A stretch of DNA of 64,000 nt from Myxococcota bacterium (GTDB taxonomy: Bacteria; Myxococcota; Myxococcia; Myxococcales; Myxococcaceae). The stretch covers positions 43,180-107,179 of the forward strand of contig JBFMAB010000122.1 in assembly GCA_040755835.1 (NCBI GenBank). Direction: 5' to 3'. Below the pieces are notes generated by a model. That model made no database searches. It saw only the letters and a list, made by a program, of their open reading frames with translations, and was not told the origin of the DNA. This document shows positions 19,601-28,545 of the stretch, piece after piece (position 1 is the stretch's first letter; each line of letters starts with the position of its first letter). The position numbers were made by a program, and so were the translations under genes.

Positions 19601-20526
19601 AGGGCGCCGAGCAGCCGCGCAAGGCGGTGAAGTACCTGAAGCTGGCGGGCGACGCGCTCAGGGAGCGCCGCGCGTGGGCCGCCGCCGTCGACGCCTACCG
19701 GCAGTGCCTCGCCCTGGTGAGCCAGAACCTGGGCGGGCAGGGCGTGTCCAACGACGCCATCGCGCAGAACCTCCTCGACATCGTCGGCCTCGCCGCGTCG
19801 GCGCAGCTGCTGGTGGCCCCGGCCGACGTGCCCGCGCTGGTGGACCCGGTGCTGGCGCAGGTGCCCGAGTCGCGCGCTCCACAGGCCCGCGCCGAGGTGC
19901 TGCGGCAGCGCGCGCTGGCGCTGCAGCGCCTCACGCGGTTGTCCGAGGCCGAGGCCGACCTCCAGAAGGCGATGTCGCTGTCGCCCGCGCTGGCCGCCCC
20001 GCAGCTCGCCGGCATGCTGCGCGCCGACCTCGCCGGCGTCCTGGAGGCCAAAGGCGACCTCGCCGGCGCGTCGAAGCTGCTCATCGAGGGCCTCTCGTAC
20101 CTCTCCAACCGCAAGTTGGACGACAAGAACCTGCTCTGGCAGTACCTGAACCAGCTCGGCCGCATCCACGTGCGGTTGGGGAAGCTGCTCGAGGCCAGCG
20201 AGTTCTTCGACTCCGCGCGCGCGCAGGCGAAGGCCGCGCAGTCGCCGCTGGGCGAGTCGCGCGTGGTGTCCAACCTCGCGGTGCTGGCGGCCACCCGCAA
20301 GGACGCCGCCCAGGCGCTGGCGCTCTTCGACGAGTCGCGGCAGCTGGCCGAGGAGGCCGGCGATCGCCTCGGCGTGCTGCGCGCCCGGTACAACCGCGCC
20401 CGCCTGTTGCTGGCCAACCGCGCGGAGGAAGCGAAGAGCGAGCTGCGCGCGGTGGCCGAGGAGGCCCGCGCCATGGGCTGGCGCGAAGGCGAAGCGATGG
20501 CGGCGCAGGCGCTGGCCGGCCGGTAG
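16699..20526 (+). CDS. Ser/Thr protein kinase with N-terminal zinc ribbon, degenerate cyclase-like region, AAA/P-loop ATPase and TPR repeats
   Basis: The N-terminal zinc ribbon is CPSCSTPAPAEARFCAKCG.
The kinase domain has VHRDLKPGNVL, DFGIAK and GTPGYMAPE.
A degenerate cyclase-like region is present around RRTLSVAYGEVGAAKGG.
The P-loop is GGAGTGKSRLLE.
The C-terminus has TPR-like helices. Confidence 0.85.
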   Translation: MSACPSCSTPAPAEARFCAKCGAPLPQEEGATDPYIGRVMHSYRIRSVIGAGGMGKVYRAEQVKLKRPVCIKTLLPHLANDPTLVQRFELEGVATAAIRHPNIVQVLDFGQFDDRTLYIAMEYVEGKTLRNVLREEAPVPLSRAVNIAQQMLSGLAEAHANHIVHRDLKPGNVLMSKLRDGTDLVKLVDFGIAKVIGGGGDGPQLTRTGMMVGTPGYMAPEQMLGEGIEPTTDLYSVGVILWELLTGQKLFGRVDESELARRHLMLPAPSPSSVSRVPLPQALDEIVLRALEKKPERRYQSAMEFARALDTLEASGRARAASSGLTPMPAPALMPPPTQPSAPQAPNPATSFGQVMTGAGTMSSLTHLRGAVPEKLLTYAASLATMVGERRTLSVAYGEVGAAKGGDSGDAATMRQAMGAVLQELQDDGLKLGGVTMRLPGNALALVFGLGDDEDGGVGAALRFALESTQKVAEASTRLPRSLTFRVGLHSGVAEDAVFADRAFESQGVEELLSVARRLASVAQAGRPLATRAVQKRTAEKVTWAERPSLTGDDVGPLFEASELRERKVVLEPLVGRAQEVDYANRLLDQLVEGRPGGFLFVGGAGTGKSRLLEAAAQRAKERNVTVARARGGRFGAVTPLDVVRQFVHSLAAPHGGGDEGDVARTTLIGLQKLHVARSDIERLETLLGAGGGGAASGATADENQNLDRAVLLDLFRSVARRHRLLFLLDDLHSADPASLEVLSEVMARSQGLGVGIIGTVRAGASDALPQLKRFELGPLGRSDLERLVAHRLPGGAPSKPLLDLVVDRSDGNPLFAREIALTLVESGAAKLVGGEWQLQGGLEELPDSLASLMGVRIDRLSAQARLLLRYGAVAGRTFPIALVTAAVDAPLDVHAAVSECVTRGVLSPAPNQRDAYYFNQALLQDAMVGRISAVDKKAIHLRLAEAIERGISAGAENPLEAMARHFKGAEQPRKAVKYLKLAGDALRERRAWAAAVDAYRQCLALVSQNLGGQGVSNDAIAQNLLDIVGLAASAQLLVAPADVPALVDPVLAQVPESRAPQARAEVLRQRALALQRLTRLSEAEADLQKAMSLSPALAAPQLAGMLRADLAGVLEAKGDLAGASKLLIEGLSYLSNRKLDDKNLLWQYLNQLGRIHVRLGKLLEASEFFDSARAQAKAAQSPLGESRVVSNLAVLAATRKDAAQALALFDESRQLAEEAGDRLGVLRARYNRARLLLANRAEEAKSELRAVAEEARAMGWREGEAMAAQALAGR

Positions 20527-20531
20527 CCTGA

Positions 20532-21824
20532 CTACGCGAGCAGGAAGTGCGGCGGGTTGACGCCTTCCTCTTCCGGCGCCACCGACGCGGCGATGGCGTT
20601 GTCCGGCTCCTTCGAGAGGTCGAGGACGTAGTCGACGTTCGCGCCGTTTTCGCGAATCACCTTCACCACCGGCCGGGCGAAGGAGCCGCTGTTCGCCGGC
20701 ACCTCCAGCACCACCGCCAGCTGGCCGCCGGTGAGGCGCACCGTGCTGCCGACGGGGAAGAGGCCCACCGTGGCGGTGAAGAGGTCCACCGCGAAGGGGT
20801 CGAAGCGCACGCCCGACTGCTCGCGAATGGTGCGCACCGCCTGGTCCGGCGCGAGCGGCTTCTCGCCGGTGGTGGGAGAGGTGAGGAGGTCGAAGGCGCA
20901 CGGCACCGCGATGAGGCGGGCGGCCGGGCCCGGCGCCCACACCCCGCGCTGGTTCGCCGACAGGCCCAGCTCGAAGGCGGTGGCCGCCTGCAACAGGCCC
21001 TCTTCGCTGGCCGGCGGCACCGACAGGCGCACCAGCGTGCGCTTGGCAACCGCGAGCGGCTCCGACGGGCCGGGCACCGCGCGGCCAATGTCGTGCAGCA
21101 GCGCGGCCACCACCAGGTCCAGCATCTGCGCGCGCGGCAGCTTCAGCTTGCGCGCCATCAGCATCGTCAGCGCGGCCACCGTCGCCAGGTGGAAGTGCAG
21201 GGCGCCGCTGAAGTTGGGGAAGCGCGTCAGGCCGGACAACAGCGACTCGTAGCCGATGGACGCGTCGGCCATGCCCTGCACGGCCTTGCGGAGGTTGGGC
21301 GTGCGGAAGGTCTGCCCTTTCGCCGCGCGCTCGAGCGCGTTCTTCGCCACCAGCGCCACGCGGGCGAAGCCGCGCAGCACGTTCTGCCGCGCGTCGATGC
21401 TGAACATCGCCGAGCCGTCCAGCACGCCGTCGAGCGCGCGCAGGCGAATGCGCCCCTGCTGCGTCTTGAAGGCCTCCTCGGGGTGCGCCGACTGCCAGCC
21501 CTGCTGCATCACCGTGAGGAAGGCGCGCAGCTCTCCCTCTTCCATGCGCTCGGGCCAGGTCAGCTCGTGCACCGCGAGGCGGGCGAACAGCTTGCGCAGG
21601 CCTTCGGCGGCCTCGTGCACGGCGGCGTTCAGTTTCACCGCGGAGCCGTTCACGAAGACGGTGTCGGCGAAGACGATGACGGTGGTGTCGCCTTCGCACT
21701 GCTTGAGCAGCCCCAGCAGCGTGGCGATGGGCGTGACGAAGACGGCGTTGTTGATGGGGTGCTGCTGCGCGAGCCGGAGCACCCGGGCGGTGGCGATGAG
21801 CAGGTCCGACGCCGACGCACTCAT
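20532..21824 (-). CDS. HD-domain (metal-dependent phosphohydrolase) protein
   Basis: HD motif ...AALLHDIGRAV. Start MSASASDLL. The ATG overlaps the upstream stop (ATGA). Confidence 0.75.
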   Translation of the reverse strand: MSASASDLLIATARVLRLAQQHPINNAVFVTPIATLLGLLKQCEGDTTVIVFADTVFVNGSAVKLNAAVHEAAEGLRKLFARLAVHELTWPERMEEGELRAFLTVMQQGWQSAHPEEAFKTQQGRIRLRALDGVLDGSAMFSIDARQNVLRGFARVALVAKNALERAAKGQTFRTPNLRKAVQGMADASIGYESLLSGLTRFPNFSGALHFHLATVAALTMLMARKLKLPRAQMLDLVVAALLHDIGRAVPGPSEPLAVAKRTLVRLSVPPASEEGLLQAATAFELGLSANQRGVWAPGPAARLIAVPCAFDLLTSPTTGEKPLAPDQAVRTIREQSGVRFDPFAVDLFTATVGLFPVGSTVRLTGGQLAVVLEVPANSGSFARPVVKVIRENGANVDYVLDLSKEPDNAIAASVAPEEEGVNPPHFLLA

Positions 21825-23542
21825 GCCTTGCTCACCCTCGACAGCGCGGCGCGGGCCGCGGCCTTCACCCGGGGCGCCGCCATCAACTTCCCGGCCAGGG
21901 ACTCGAGCGGCTTCTTCGCGCTCGGGTCGCCCAGCACCGCCAGCGCGCCCACGCAGGCCACCGTGGCGTCGGGGTCCTGCTTGCGGTCGAGCTCGGCGAT
22001 GAGCACCTCCGCGGCCACCTTGCCGCCCAGCTTGCCCAGCGCGTGGTACACGCGCACGCGCTCCTCCTCGTCCACGTCCGGCCGCTTCAGGAGCTCGCCC
22101 AGCGCGCGCGCGGCCGAAGGGTCCTCGAGGTCGGCCACCACGCGCAACAGCCGCCGCCGCACCTCGCCGTCGGTGTCCTTCAGGTGGTTGGCCAGCACGC
22201 CGCGCGGCAGGCGCACCGCCACGGCGGGAGAAATCGCGCCCGCCGCGTCGCGCCGCACCTCGGCCTCGGGGTGCTCGAGCGCCTGCGTGAGGAAGCGCGT
22301 CGCCTCGGGCGGCGGCATGGCGTCGAGGCGCTTGAGGAACTCGCCGAAGGACGCCGCGTTCAGGTCCGCCACGTTGATGGAGCGCGTCGCCTGAGTCGGG
22401 GCGATCTCCGCCAGCAGGCCTGCCGCCGCCGCGCGCGCCGCCGGGTTCCGTAGCCGCGCCACCTGCTCGCGGAACGACTGGCCCAGCGTCGGGGCGATGG
22501 TCTTGAGCGCTTCGAGCGCCTCCGGGTCCTTCCCTTCGGCCGCGTCCAGGGCGCGGAGGAGCGGGTCGAGGAAGGCCGGCGAGACGAAGAACTGCTTGAG
22601 CCCGGTGAGCAGCTTCACGCGCGCGGGCCCGAGGTGCGTGTCGGCGCGCGCATCCGCCACCAGCGCGTTCCACGCCTCGAGGCTCGGCCCGAAGCGCCCG
22701 CGCTCCGCGAAGGCCGCCAGGAGATCCGCGAGGCGCCTGGCGAAGGCGCCGGCCTCGTTGCCCTGCGACAGCACCGCGGCGTTGATGAGCGCGCGCGCCG
22801 CGCGGGGCATGGCGTCCTTGCGGGTGGAGAAGCCCGCGACGAAGTTCTCGATGTCGGTGGGCGACAGCTGCAGCGACGCCAGCTTCGCGTCCTGCTGCGC
22901 GAGGCGCTCGGCGGTGACGCCGCGCACCAGCTCGCTGCGCAACAGCGCGACGTCGTCAGCCGACACGCGCAGCAGCATCGGGCCCGCGTCGGCGCCGGTG
23001 CTGCCCGACTCGCTGGCCATGGCGTTGATGAGCGCGTCCAGCTCGGCCTTGGTCCTCTGCTGGTTGCGCTCGCCGTCGTCACCTTCCTCGTCGGCCAGCG
23101 AGAAGGTGTCGATGACGACCAGGCGGAAGGCCTCGAGCTCCAGCTCCCAACACCGCGTGCTGAGCGCCTCGGCCTCGTTCGGGTTGCTCACCACGTTGAG
23201 CCACGCATCGAAGAAGGCGTCGCGCTCGTTCGGCGGCGGGTTGGCGGCGATGGTGATGCGCCGGATGCCTTCGTTGAAGAGCGGCATGGTGAGCGGATCG
23301 CGCTGGCCGGCGCGCCCCACCAGCAGCTCCCCTTCGATGGCCAGCCCGGAGATGGTCACCTCGAGGACCATCTCCTCGGTCGCCACCGACGCGAACTGCT
23401 CGCGGAAGCGCTCGAGGGCGCTCATCGCCAGCGGGTGGTTCCGGCCGTAGGCGCGGCCCTGGTCGATGGCCCGCCGGAGCAGCTGCAGCAGCAGCACCAG
23501 CGCCTGGCGGCGTGGACCCGGCGTTTTCTCGGCCTTCGACAT
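21821..23542 (-). CDS. HEAT/PBS-lyase-like repeat protein
   Basis: The C-terminal half is HEAT-like repeats (EVRRDAAGAI..., DPSAARALGEL..., DPDATVACVGALAVLGD). Start MSKAEKTPGP. Confidence 0.75.
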   Translation of the reverse strand: MSKAEKTPGPRRQALVLLLQLLRRAIDQGRAYGRNHPLAMSALERFREQFASVATEEMVLEVTISGLAIEGELLVGRAGQRDPLTMPLFNEGIRRITIAANPPPNERDAFFDAWLNVVSNPNEAEALSTRCWELELEAFRLVVIDTFSLADEEGDDGERNQQRTKAELDALINAMASESGSTGADAGPMLLRVSADDVALLRSELVRGVTAERLAQQDAKLASLQLSPTDIENFVAGFSTRKDAMPRAARALINAAVLSQGNEAGAFARRLADLLAAFAERGRFGPSLEAWNALVADARADTHLGPARVKLLTGLKQFFVSPAFLDPLLRALDAAEGKDPEALEALKTIAPTLGQSFREQVARLRNPAARAAAAGLLAEIAPTQATRSINVADLNAASFGEFLKRLDAMPPPEATRFLTQALEHPEAEVRRDAAGAISPAVAVRLPRGVLANHLKDTDGEVRRRLLRVVADLEDPSAARALGELLKRPDVDEEERVRVYHALGKLGGKVAAEVLIAELDRKQDPDATVACVGALAVLGDPSAKKPLESLAGKLMAAPRVKAAARAALSRVSKA

Positions 23543-23587
23543 GGCGGCGCGGCCTCAATCCTACCGCAGTCCCGGTACGGCACCCGG

Positions 23588-24685
23588 CTACGCGCGCTCC
23601 GTGGGGTCGACGCCCGTCAGCGCGTCGGCATCGAGGCCTGCGGCCAGCGCCCGGTGCTCGGCGCTGCCGAGGCGCGAGAGGCCGTCCTCCGGCCCGCGCA
23701 CGAAGCGGCGCACCAGCCCGTCGACGCGCGCCAGCGCCCGGTCCAGCTGCGCGTGGCTCAGCTCGCCCGTCTCCACGGCCTCCACCACCGCGTCGATGGC
23801 GCCGCGCTGCACGTCGGCGTGGTGACAGACGAGGAACTGGTCCGCCCCGGCCTCGAGGCCCGCCACCGCCGCGCGCGCCACCGAGAAGTGGTCCGCGATG
23901 GCCTTCATCTCGAGGTCGTCGCTCACCACCACGCCGGTGAAGCCCAGCTCGTCGCGCAACAGGCCCGTCAGCACCGGCCGGCTCATCGTCGCCGGCACCT
24001 GCGGGTCGAGCGCCTCGAACACCACGTGCGCCGTCATCAGCGACGCGAGGCCCGCCCGCGCGTACGCGGCGAAGGGCTTGAGCTCGACGCGACGCAGCCG
24101 GTCCAGCCCGTGCGGCAGCGACGGGAGGTCGAGGTGGCTGTCCTTCGAGGTGTCGCCGTGCCCGGGGAAGTGCTTGCCGCACGAGGCGACGCCGCCCGCC
24201 TCGAGGCCCCGCGCGAGCGCCACGCCGAGCCGCGCCACCTCGTCCGCGTCCCGCGACAGCGAGCGGTCGCCGATGACGGGGTTGGCGGGGTTGGTGTCCA
24301 CGTCCAGCACCGGCGCGTAGTCCTGGTCGAAGCCCAGCGCGCGCACCTCGAAGGCCAGCAGCCGCCCGACGCGCTCGGCGAGCGCCGCGTCGCCAGGGCG
24401 CCCCACCTCGCGCATCGGCGGCAGCGTGGTGAAGGGCGCCCCGCGCAGCCGCGCCACGCGCCCGCCTTCCTGGTCGATGGCGGCCAGCAGCGGCCGTCCG
24501 GCGTGCGCCTTCAGGGACTTCACCAGCGCCGCCACCTGCTCCGGCGACTCGACGTTGCGCTTGAAGAGGATGACGCCGCCCACGCCGTCGTCGATGAGCG
24601 CCTTCACGTCCCGGTCCGGGACGGTGCCGGGGAAGCCGACGACGAAGAGGCGCGCGACGCGGCGGTAAAGCTCGGAGGCGGGCAT
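23588..24685 (-). CDS. nagZ: beta-N-acetylhexosaminidase NagZ (glycoside hydrolase family 3 N-terminal domain)
   Basis: GH3 motifs AIDQEGGRV, KHFPGHGDTSKDSH, VVSDDLEMKA. Start MPASELYRRV. Confidence 0.85.
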   Translation of the reverse strand: MPASELYRRVARLFVVGFPGTVPDRDVKALIDDGVGGVILFKRNVESPEQVAALVKSLKAHAGRPLLAAIDQEGGRVARLRGAPFTTLPPMREVGRPGDAALAERVGRLLAFEVRALGFDQDYAPVLDVDTNPANPVIGDRSLSRDADEVARLGVALARGLEAGGVASCGKHFPGHGDTSKDSHLDLPSLPHGLDRLRRVELKPFAAYARAGLASLMTAHVVFEALDPQVPATMSRPVLTGLLRDELGFTGVVVSDDLEMKAIADHFSVARAAVAGLEAGADQFLVCHHADVQRGAIDAVVEAVETGELSHAQLDRALARVDGLVRRFVRGPEDGLSRLGSAEHRALAAGLDADALTGVDPTERA

Positions 24686-24746
24686 GGCGGTGTCGGGAAT
24701 ATCACCCTCCCGTCGCGCGCGCGGCGGGACTAAGTCACCCATTCCC

Positions 24747-27700
24747 GTGGATTCGCCCGACGCCCTCCCAGCCGGCACGCTCGTCGACGGCTTCAGGGTG
24801 AAGCGCCGCCTCGCCGAGGGCGCGATGGGCGAGGTGTACCTGGCGCAGGACGAGCGGCTCGGCCGCAAGGTGGCGCTGAAGTTCGTCAAGCCCACCGGCC
24901 TCGACGCGGCCGCCTGCGAGCGCTTCCTCGCCGAGGCGCGCACCACGGCGCGCTTCGCGCACCCGCACATCGTCACCGTGTACGCGGTGGGCGCGCACGC
25001 CGGGCGGCCGTACCTCGCGCTCGAGTACCTCGACGGAGAGACGCTGCGCGAGCGCCTCGGCCGCGGCCCCCTGCCGCTGCCCGAGGCCCTGCGCGTCGCG
25101 CGCGCCGTCGCCGAAGCGCTGGCCGAAGCGCACCGCCACGGCGTCATCCACGCGGACCTGAAGCCCGAGAACGTCGTGGTGCCCGCCGACGGCCGCCCGC
25201 GCGTCGTCGACTTCGGGCTGGCCCGCTTCGCCGGCGCCGACGGGGTCGCCGCGTCGGGCACGCCCGCCTACATGGCGCCCGAGCGCTGGCAGGGTGCCGC
25301 GCCCACGCCGGCCATCGACGTGTGGAGCCTCGGCGTCCTCGTCCACGAGCTCGTCGAAGGCGAGCGCCCGCTGTCCGACGGCGAGCTGGCCGCCTTCGCG
25401 TACGCGCCGCGGCCGGTGCCGCTGGGGCCTGCGGTGGCGCACCACCCGGTGCGCGAGCTCTTGCAGGCCTGCCTCGCCGTGGACCCGGCGGCGCGGCCGC
25501 CCTCGGAGGACGTCGCGCAGCGGCTCGCCGCGCTCCTTGACGGCGGCCGCCCGGGCGACGACGCGCGCTCGCCCTTCCGCGGCCTCGAGCCCTTCCGCGA
25601 GGCCGACGCCGTCGACTTCTCGGGCCGTGAAGCGGAAGTCGCCCAGGCGGCCGAAGGCCTCCGCGCGCACGGCGCCCTCGCCGTCCTCGGTCCGTCGGGC
25701 ATCGGCAAGAGCAGCTTCGTCTTCGCCGGCCTCGTGCCGCGCCTGCGCGAGGCGGGGACGTGGACCGTCGCGTCGCTGCGCCCCGGCGCGCGGCCGCTGT
25801 GGAGCCTCGCGCTGGCGCTCGTCACCTGCCGCGCCACGAAGAAGGACTCGCGCAGCTCTGCGGTGCCCGAGGTGGGCTCGCCCCTGGCCCGCGACGTCGA
25901 CGCGCTGGCGCTGGCGCTGGAGTCGGAGCCGGGCGCGCTGGCGCGGGCGCTGCGCGACATCGCGCAGGCCACCGGCGGCCGGGTGCTGCTCTTCGTCGAC
26001 CAGTTCGAGGAGCTCTTCACGCTCGCGCCGCCGGCGCACGCCGACGCCTTCGCGCTCGCGCTGGCGGCGGCGGCCGGCGCCGACGAGCCGTGGCGTCTCG
26101 CCTTCGCGCTGCGCGGCGACTTCCTGGGCGCCTTCGCCGGGCAGGCCGCGCTCAAGCCGATGCTGTCGAACGTGCTGGTGCTGGCGCCGCTCGGCCGCGC
26201 CGCCCTCGAGGCCGCGGTGCGGCGCCCGCTCGAGCGCGTGGGCTACCGGCCCGACGAGCCGTCGCTGCCGGCACGCCTCGCCGCCGACCTCGACGGGCAG
26301 CCCGCCGCGCTGCCGCTGTTGCAGTTCGCCGGGCAGGCCCTGTGGGAGCGCCGCGACAGCGCGCGGAAGCTCGTCCTGCGCGCCGAGTACGAGGCGATGG
26401 GCGGCGCCGTCGGCGCGCTCGCGGCGCAGGCCCGGCGCGCCATCGCCGACTTTTCGCCCGAGCAGCGCCGCGCGGTGCGCGCTCTCTTCTTGCGGCTCGT
26501 CAACGCGGACGGCACGCGGCGGCCGCGCCCTCGGGCCGAGCTGGTGTCGGGCCTCGGCGACGACGCGGGCGCCGTGCTGGACCGGCTGCTCGAGCGGCGG
26601 CTCCTCGTCGCGGGCCGGCCGGACGAGGGCGGCGAGGCGCTGGTGGAGCTCGCGCACGAGTCGCTGGTGACGACGTGGCCCGCGCTGGCGCGGTGGCTGT
26701 CCGAGACGCAGGAGGGGCGGCGGCTGGTGGCCGAGCTCGAGGCGGCCGCGGCGTTGTGGGACCAGCGCGGCCGTCGCGACGAGGAGACCTGGGCCGGCGA
26801 CGCGCTGGACGACGCGCAGCGGCGCCTGGAGGAGTGGGGCGTGTCGCTGCCCCAGCGCGCCGCGGACTTCGTGGAGGCGGGCCGCGCGCGGGCCCGGGCG
26901 CGCGCCCGCCGGCGGCGCGTCGGCCTGGTGGCGGGCGTCGCCACGCTGAGCCTCCTGGCAGTGGGCGCGACGGCGGCGGCCCTGGCCTTCCGCGAGAAGG
27001 AGCGCCAGGCCGTCGCCCAGCAGGAGCAGATTCGTCTCGCCGCGGCGGACATGGGGCGCTTCGAGCTCGTCCTCGAGCCCTTCGACTGGGACGCGGTGAG
27101 GCTCGAGGCGAAGCCGGTGCCGGCGAGCCGGCTGCCGGGCCTGGCCTGGGCGCTGTATGCCGCGTCGCGCGACGACGACGAGCAGGTGGGCGAGCGCCTC
27201 GCGCCGCCGGACGTGCGCCTCGAGAAGCAGGCGGTGGACGAGTTGGGCGCGGTGCACCTGCTGGTGGAGGCGCCCAGCCGCGTCACCTTTCTCTCCGTGT
27301 CGGGGCGCGGCGAGGCCGGTCGCGCCTGTCCACCGTCGCGGGTCCGCTTCCGGCGGCTCCCGGGCTTCGCCGAGCGCGAGGCGGGGGTGCGGCTCGTGGT
27401 GCCGGTGCCCACCTGCCAGGCGACGACGGCGGCGACCGTCGCGTTCGCGGAAGGGACGTTCCGGCGCGCGCTCGGGGAGGGCGTGGAGACGGTGCGCGTC
27501 GGCCCCTTCACCCTCGACGCCACCGAGGTGCCGACGGCGCTCTTCGACGTGTACCGCGGGCTCTCGGCGTGGACGGGCGACACGCGCAACCTGGTGCCAC
27601 CCGTGCTGGTGGGCGACTTCGCGCCGGGCAGCCTCCCCGTCTCGGGCGTCACCGCGGAGGTGGCGGACCGCTTCTGCGGGTTTCTTGGCAAGCGGCTCCC

Positions 27701-28103
27701 GCACGTCGACGAGTGGCAGCGCGCCGCGGCGACGCACCCGCACGCGCGCCACGTCCCGGGCGCGCCGGACTTCGTCGCCGAGGCGGCGCCCTGCGAGGCC
27801 AACCTCCAGGGCGGTGCCGACGGGTACCCGCACGCTGCCCCCGTCGGCCGCGTGGCCGGCGACGTGACGCCCGAAGGCGTGCGCGACCTGCTGGGCAACG
27901 TCAGCGAATGGACCGCGGACACCGCGACGACGGACCGCGAGAGCCAGGCGGGCTACTCGGGGCTGCGCATGACGCTGGGCGCGGACTGGGACACGCCCCG
28001 AGGCGCACCGCCGACGGACCTCACGTGGGTCAACAACAAGCCCAGCACGTACACCCACTTCGGCCAGGGCTTCCGGTGTGCGCTCGGGGCGGAAGGGCGC
28101 TGA
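24747..28103 (+). CDS. Ser/Thr protein kinase - P-loop NTPase - formylglycine-generating-enzyme (FGE/SUMF1-like) fusion
   Basis: Kinase VIHADLKPENVV, DFGLAR, GTPAYMAPE. P-loop LGPSGIGKSS. C-terminal FGE-like (GNVSEWTAD, RVTLGADWDT). The first possible start, 24684, would abut the nagZ start. I prefer GTG 24747. Confidence 0.8.
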   Translation: MDSPDALPAGTLVDGFRVKRRLAEGAMGEVYLAQDERLGRKVALKFVKPTGLDAAACERFLAEARTTARFAHPHIVTVYAVGAHAGRPYLALEYLDGETLRERLGRGPLPLPEALRVARAVAEALAEAHRHGVIHADLKPENVVVPADGRPRVVDFGLARFAGADGVAASGTPAYMAPERWQGAAPTPAIDVWSLGVLVHELVEGERPLSDGELAAFAYAPRPVPLGPAVAHHPVRELLQACLAVDPAARPPSEDVAQRLAALLDGGRPGDDARSPFRGLEPFREADAVDFSGREAEVAQAAEGLRAHGALAVLGPSGIGKSSFVFAGLVPRLREAGTWTVASLRPGARPLWSLALALVTCRATKKDSRSSAVPEVGSPLARDVDALALALESEPGALARALRDIAQATGGRVLLFVDQFEELFTLAPPAHADAFALALAAAAGADEPWRLAFALRGDFLGAFAGQAALKPMLSNVLVLAPLGRAALEAAVRRPLERVGYRPDEPSLPARLAADLDGQPAALPLLQFAGQALWERRDSARKLVLRAEYEAMGGAVGALAAQARRAIADFSPEQRRAVRALFLRLVNADGTRRPRPRAELVSGLGDDAGAVLDRLLERRLLVAGRPDEGGEALVELAHESLVTTWPALARWLSETQEGRRLVAELEAAAALWDQRGRRDEETWAGDALDDAQRRLEEWGVSLPQRAADFVEAGRARARARARRRRVGLVAGVATLSLLAVGATAAALAFREKERQAVAQQEQIRLAAADMGRFELVLEPFDWDAVRLEAKPVPASRLPGLAWALYAASRDDDEQVGERLAPPDVRLEKQAVDELGAVHLLVEAPSRVTFLSVSGRGEAGRACPPSRVRFRRLPGFAEREAGVRLVVPVPTCQATTAATVAFAEGTFRRALGEGVETVRVGPFTLDATEVPTALFDVYRGLSAWTGDTRNLVPPVLVGDFAPGSLPVSGVTAEVADRFCGFLGKRLPHVDEWQRAAATHPHARHVPGAPDFVAEAAPCEANLQGGADGYPHAAPVGRVAGDVTPEGVRDLLGNVSEWTADTATTDRESQAGYSGLRMTLGADWDTPRGAPPTDLTWVNNKPSTYTHFGQGFRCALGAEGR

Positions 28104-28118
28104 CGGCGCCGCCGCGCG

Positions 28119-28520
28119 TCAGAGGGAGACGGTCTTCGGCCACTTCCCGCCGCCGCCCGCCGACGCCGACACGTTGTTCATCACCAGCCACGCCTCGGTG
28201 AGGAGGAGGAGGCCGAAGTCCGTGCCCTGGCCGGGCGTGACGAGCTGCGCGGTGGACGGCAGCGAGCCCCACGCCATCTCCCCGTCGGTGAGGTCGGCGA
28301 CGAAGGGCTCACCGTCGTTGTCGAACTCCTTCTGCGTCTCCACGTCCCAGATGTTGAAGTACACCTGACTCCCGCGGCGGCCCACCACGCGCACCACCAT
28401 CGGGTTGTAGTTGCCCACCTCGCGGCTCCAGTACTTGAGCGCCTTCTCGGGCGACCGCACCGGCTTCACCACCGCCTTCGACTTGTTCCGCGTGGGGTTG
28501 CTCTTCCTGCTCGACGCCAT
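28119..28520 (-). CDS. hypothetical cytoplasmic protein (133 aa)
   Basis: ATG preceded by AGGAGGCAAGGAG. High GC3. The TTG 28553 start in the ORF track is less likely. Confidence 0.6.
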   Translation of the reverse strand: MASSRKSNPTRNKSKAVVKPVRSPEKALKYWSREVGNYNPMVVRVVGRRGSQVYFNIWDVETQKEFDNDGEPFVADLTDGEMAWGSLPSTAQLVTPGQGTDFGLLLLTEAWLVMNNVSASAGGGGKWPKTVSL

Positions 28521-28545
28521 GGTGACTCCTTGCCTCCTGGTGACA

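Noticed and set aside
18082-21699. 1205-aa minus-strand ORF
   Set aside because: It is antisense to the large kinase gene, Arg/Ala-rich, and the true minus-strand HD gene is in another frame.
24684-24746. Kinase start at 24684 (first start in ORF track)
   Set aside because: It would place two divergent start codons on adjacent bases with zero promoter space. GTG 24747 is in frame and leaves 61 bp.
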